This document shows positions 25,478 to 27,417 of a DNA stretch of 27,417 bases, piece by piece (position 1 is the first letter of the stretch; each line of letters starts with the position of its first letter). The notes beneath the pieces are model-generated. The model searched no databases and was not told where the DNA came from. It saw nothing but the letters and a program-made list of their open reading frames with translations. Position numbers and translations under genes: made by a program. This stretch comes from a virus (taxonomy: Duplodnaviria > Caudoviricetes). The stretch covers positions 1-27,417 of the IMG/VR virus record IMGVR_UViG_3300025585_000140, one strand, 5' to 3'.

Positions 25478-25953
25478 GCGTAAAGATACAAAAATTCGTC
25501 AGCCTCACACCTGTTGTTCTTTGAAAGGTTTTCGACCGCAGGGATTACCCGTAAGTTTGCAACGACATGAAGACCGCAAACTGCCTTGTGCTTGATTGGA
25601 ATAATGTGGTCGACGTGATGCGGGACGCCCGTGGTTTCCGACCGCGCTTTGGCTTCCTCGTAAATCTCCAGGATCTGCTTTTTGTCCTGCCATGCTGGGG
25701 TTGCGCGCTTGAGCAGTCTGGCCCGCGCCCTGCTGCGCTCGGTTGCCTTCTCTGAGCGCCGCCCTATTCCCTCGTCCGACCAGCGGTACGCAAGCTTCTG
25801 GGCCTTTTGCAATTGGCGCTTTGCCCTGTACCTGCACTCGGCACAGGCTCTTAACACTGTCTGCGATTTATCCGCGTAGTCGATGAAGTCACTCAGCAGG
25901 CGAACCTTGGCACACCCGCCGCACTTGATGAACTGCTGCCTCTCGGGGATCAA
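25474..25953 (-). CDS. Free-standing HNH endonuclease with N-terminal zinc finger
   Basis: TTG start after GGAGG; CGGC...CAEC; ATPAW; HHVDHIIP...VCGLHVVANL.VI...ENLSKNN. Confidence 0.92.
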   Translation of the reverse strand: MIPERQQFIKCGGCAKVRLLSDFIDYADKSQTVLRACAECRYRAKRQLQKAQKLAYRWSDEGIGRRSEKATERSRARARLLKRATPAWQDKKQILEIYEEAKARSETTGVPHHVDHIIPIKHKAVCGLHVVANLRVIPAVENLSKNNRCEADEFLYLYA

Positions 25954-25955
25954 AT

Positions 25956-26477
25956 CTACCTCCGAATTCCGTAATACAGACCCATCAGATCAAGCGCCTT
26001 ACGAAGCATCTTGATACCCTTCATCGGGTGGAAATTGTTCTTGACCGACCACGCCTCGGCATAGCCGTCATCGACGCAAACATGTTCCACAATTGATACC
26101 ATAAGCGGGCCATATTTTGGGAACGATTCCAGGTGCTTGATGCCATTATCCCGTTGAATTCCTGCGGACACTTGGGCGTCTGCCATCAGCTCGTTGGAGC
26201 CGTTAATTGGCCCCGACCAACTCATCGTGCACTTCGGAAACCGCTTTGAACGCATGGCGTAAGCGTGCCAGCGGTAGCCTGCTGCCAGTTGGTCTTCGGT
26301 CAGGGTCTTGCGCCGCTTGTACCTGTCGAGGGTCGATTGTGTTTCCACCCTCGCTGGTCGTGCTATCTGGTTGGTCCTGTCCACAGGGGGGACCTCTATG
26401 GCGTCATGCCTTAACCGTTCAGGTGTGGGCCTGATGGCTGGACGGCCTTCGTCTGTGAGGTCACGCTGGGGCTTCAT
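25956..26477 (-). CDS. DUF6456-like putative late transcription regulator
   Basis: STLDRY.RR..LT..QLAAG.R, VEHVCVD, LRKALD.MGLYYG motifs; position equivalent to lambda Q. Confidence 0.6.
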   Translation of the reverse strand: MKPQRDLTDEGRPAIRPTPERLRHDAIEVPPVDRTNQIARPARVETQSTLDRYKRRKTLTEDQLAAGYRWHAYAMRSKRFPKCTMSWSGPINGSNELMADAQVSAGIQRDNGIKHLESFPKYGPLMVSIVEHVCVDDGYAEAWSVKNNFHPMKGIKMLRKALDLMGLYYGIRR

Positions 26478-26692
26478 TGCGTCGGCCCTTCATGCCCTGC
26501 CCCGTTTAACAAATCATGGGCGGGTACTGGCTTGGGCTGCTTGGCCTCCCGCTTCTTGCGCTGGACCTGGGGTTTGAGGTTCAGGGCTGATGGCTGGGTT
26601 GCCTTCGTCAACGCTGCGTGGATGTCTGCGGCCCGCTGGTAGTCGGTGCGGGTGTTGTCTTTCAGGATTGTCAGGATTTCTTCGTAGGTCAT
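26474..26692 (-). CDS. Hypothetical protein (72 aa)
   Basis: GGAG RBS before ATG 26692 (alternative start 26743); ATGA overlap downstream. Confidence 0.6.
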   Translation of the reverse strand: MTYEEILTILKDNTRTDYQRAADIHAALTKATQPSALNLKPQVQRKKREAKQPKPVPAHDLLNGAGHEGPTQ

Positions 26693-26739
26693 TTGGGTCT
26701 CCAGTGGGTTGAAGTCCAAGGCGGGGCAGTAGGCGAAAT

Positions 26740-27378
26740 TCATTGGCGCAGTTCGCAGGATCTGCGGGCACAGTCGTGCTGGCATGTGTTCAGGCCGCGG
26801 GCGCGGCGTGCGGCGCACGATCCCAGCAACATGGGTGATACCGCGGTGTCTTGGCTCGCCTTAACCGTGGCCTCATCCCCGATAGGAACTTCCTTCTCCG
26901 GCTTGTCGTAGCCGAGTTCTTTCTTCATCCGGGCTAGCGCCGCGGCACGAGAGGCCAAGACCTCCGCCGGCAACGTCTCCCGCGGCGGAGACTTAAATGC
27001 TGGCTGGCCGGTGACGTGCAAAATCCCGTAGGTGTCCCGCCATCCCTCGTCATCCTTGCGGCAAATGGCGAAAATGTCCGCAATGGTCGGCCACCACTTG
27101 CTTTCGCGAATGTGTTCAGAAACCGCCTTCTCCACGGTCTTGGCCCCAAAGCACTTGAGCTGGGCGTGCCACTCCTTCGCCATTGCGAACAACTGCTCGT
27201 CTGACTTGGCCTTCGGCTCCCCAAAGACCACGGTCAGCCGCGTCAGCTGCTCACTCAGCTGCGTAGCTGTGATCGGCTCTCCCGTCGCCGCCCTCAACCT
27301 CTCGTAAGCGGTCAGCGAGTTTGCCAAAGAAGCCGAGGGGGTGCGCGCCAGGCTCCTGCTTTCCTGTTGATTTGCCAT
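26740..27378 (-). CDS. Replicative helicase loader/inhibitor-like protein (G39P-like)
   Basis: W..QL..F....V..AV.EHIRESKWWPTIADI motif; AAAGGA RBS. Confidence 0.6.
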   Translation of the reverse strand: MANQQESRSLARTPSASLANSLTAYERLRAATGEPITATQLSEQLTRLTVVFGEPKAKSDEQLFAMAKEWHAQLKCFGAKTVEKAVSEHIRESKWWPTIADIFAICRKDDEGWRDTYGILHVTGQPAFKSPPRETLPAEVLASRAAALARMKKELGYDKPEKEVPIGDEATVKASQDTAVSPMLLGSCAARRARGLNTCQHDCARRSCELRQ

Positions 27379-27417
27379 CGTTCTTTCCTTTCAAAACGGC
27401 TTGAATGTAGGGAATTG

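Larger units (their letters stand above)
1..27417 (-). mobile_element. Tailed phage/prophage segment (podovirus-like): late replication, packaging, morphogenesis and lysis modules
   Basis: Tightly packed co-oriented genes with many ATGA/GTGA overlaps; terS-terL-portal-scaffold-capsid-adaptor-nozzle-ejection-fibre-endolysin order; no host genes or att site visible. Confidence 0.97.

Noticed and set aside
24942-25508. ORF-track starts for terS and several other genes (11374, 15053, 9939, 7949, 2490)
   Set aside because: These extensions overlap upstream genes or regulatory sites; downstream starts have an RBS or stop-start coupling
25347-25953. A second intron around the upstream HNH gene
   Set aside because: No P7/P3 elements recognised, and the flanking genes appear complete
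27391-27417. 3' end of an upstream gene (QFPTFKPF-stop), possibly a replication initiator
   Set aside because: Only 8 codons are visible, too few to support a call

Overview
The whole window is a contiguous minus-strand block of a tailed phage or prophage. It looks podovirus-like: P22-type terminase and portal, N4-gp56-family capsid, no tape measure or sheath. The host is probably alphaproteobacterial. In transcription order (right to left) it carries: a helicase loader/inhibitor-like gene, a DUF6456-like late regulator, a free-standing HNH nuclease, a promoter-plus-terminator leader, terS, terL, portal, a fibre/spike cassette, scaffold, major capsid, a decoration protein, a glycosyltransferase/methyltransferase cassette, adaptor, an ADP-ribosyltransferase-like protein, nozzle, ejection proteins, tail fibre and a lysis region. 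The main feature is an 834-nt group I intron (16311-17144) that splits the major capsid gene and encodes an HNH endonuclease. The endonuclease's promoter overlaps a 30-bp degenerate copy of the spliced exon junction, a candidate homing-site-mimic operator. Other points of interest are a candidate virion glycosylation cassette, a transmembrane-PAS protein beside the endolysin, two unannotated hydrophobic micro-ORFs and a hairpin array in the capsid leader. All family assignments come from motif recognition by eye; no database searches were run.
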